Below are positions 26,533 through 26,751 of a DNA stretch of 26,751 bases, piece after piece. The position numbers and the translations under genes were made by a program. How positions within the stretch are numbered: position 1 is the first letter of the stretch; every line of letters begins with the position of its first letter. This stretch comes from a virus (Duplodnaviria > Heunggongvirae > Uroviricota > Caudoviricetes), in IMG/VR virus record IMGVR_UViG_2534681936_000019. The stretch is one strand, 5' to 3'. Under the pieces are notes generated by a model, which saw nothing but the letters and a program-made list of their open reading frames with translations, searched no databases and was not told the DNA's origin.

Positions 26533-26751
26533 ATGCAGAAACGAGAACCCGTCATCATCGCGCCAGACTATACCAATGATGAACTTTATGAGTGGATGCA
26601 CCAGAAAATTAATGCAGCGCAGGATCTGAAATGGGCTAATGAAGTCAGGGCTAAGCAGGCTGAAAATCTGTCCTCTCTGGAGCAGGATATCACCAATCTG
26701 GAAAAAGCAGCGGCATTAACCATTGCCAGAATGATTACATACCCGCGTTAA
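26533..26751 (+). CDS. Small protein, YdfC-like (72 aa)
   Basis: Complete ORF ending in TAA at the window edge; position and size match ydfC. Confidence 0.5.
   Translation: MQKREPVIIAPDYTNDELYEWMHQKINAAQDLKWANEVRAKQAENLSSLEQDITNLEKAAALTIARMITYPR

Noticed and set aside
1-26751. CRISPR arrays, integrase/attachment sites, insertion sequences
   Set aside because: No regularly spaced direct repeats, no tyrosine or serine recombinase-like ORF, and no transposase-like ORF with terminal inverted repeats in this window; the only short ORF near 20826-20969 (MQRLGITYEAIEQHYDVPCVVYEPNIQ...) is too short and unfamiliar to call.

Overview
This window is a lambdoid (lambda/Qin/DLP12-like) enterobacterial prophage segment, with nearly all genes on the minus strand. 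Reading from high to low coordinates: a Qin-like immunity region (DicA-like repressor, divergent Cro/DicC-like gene, ydfA/B/C-like small genes), replication-associated genes, an AT-rich accessory island (PD-(D/E)xK nuclease-like gene, hok/mok type I toxin, a two-gene cassette of an unknown 216-aa protein plus an XRE-HTH/ImmA-IrrE metallopeptidase bracketed by a duplicated terminator), a nin-like region (DUF968/YdfU-like, RusA), antiterminator Q, a second cargo cluster (CPBP intramembrane protease, small ORF, AraC-family regulator), three tRNAs (ileZ-argN-argO-like) with no stx genes, NanS-p-like esterase, a lysis cassette (S21-type pinholin, an unexpected 329-aa ORF, signal-anchored lysozyme, small membrane ORFs, Rz/Rz1), a lambda-identical cosN, and the head genes (Nu1, A, W, B, C, D). 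The portal and small terminase genes carry frameshifts, several at homopolymer runs, so the element is either a decaying prophage or the sequence has indel errors. Protein calls rest on my reading of the ORF translations against remembered family sequences and motifs; no database search was run. The best candidates for an undescribed system are the terminator-bracketed 216-aa/HTH-ImmA cassette, the PD-(D/E)xK nuclease-like gene, the 329-aa ORF inside the lysis cassette, and the CPBP/AraC cluster.
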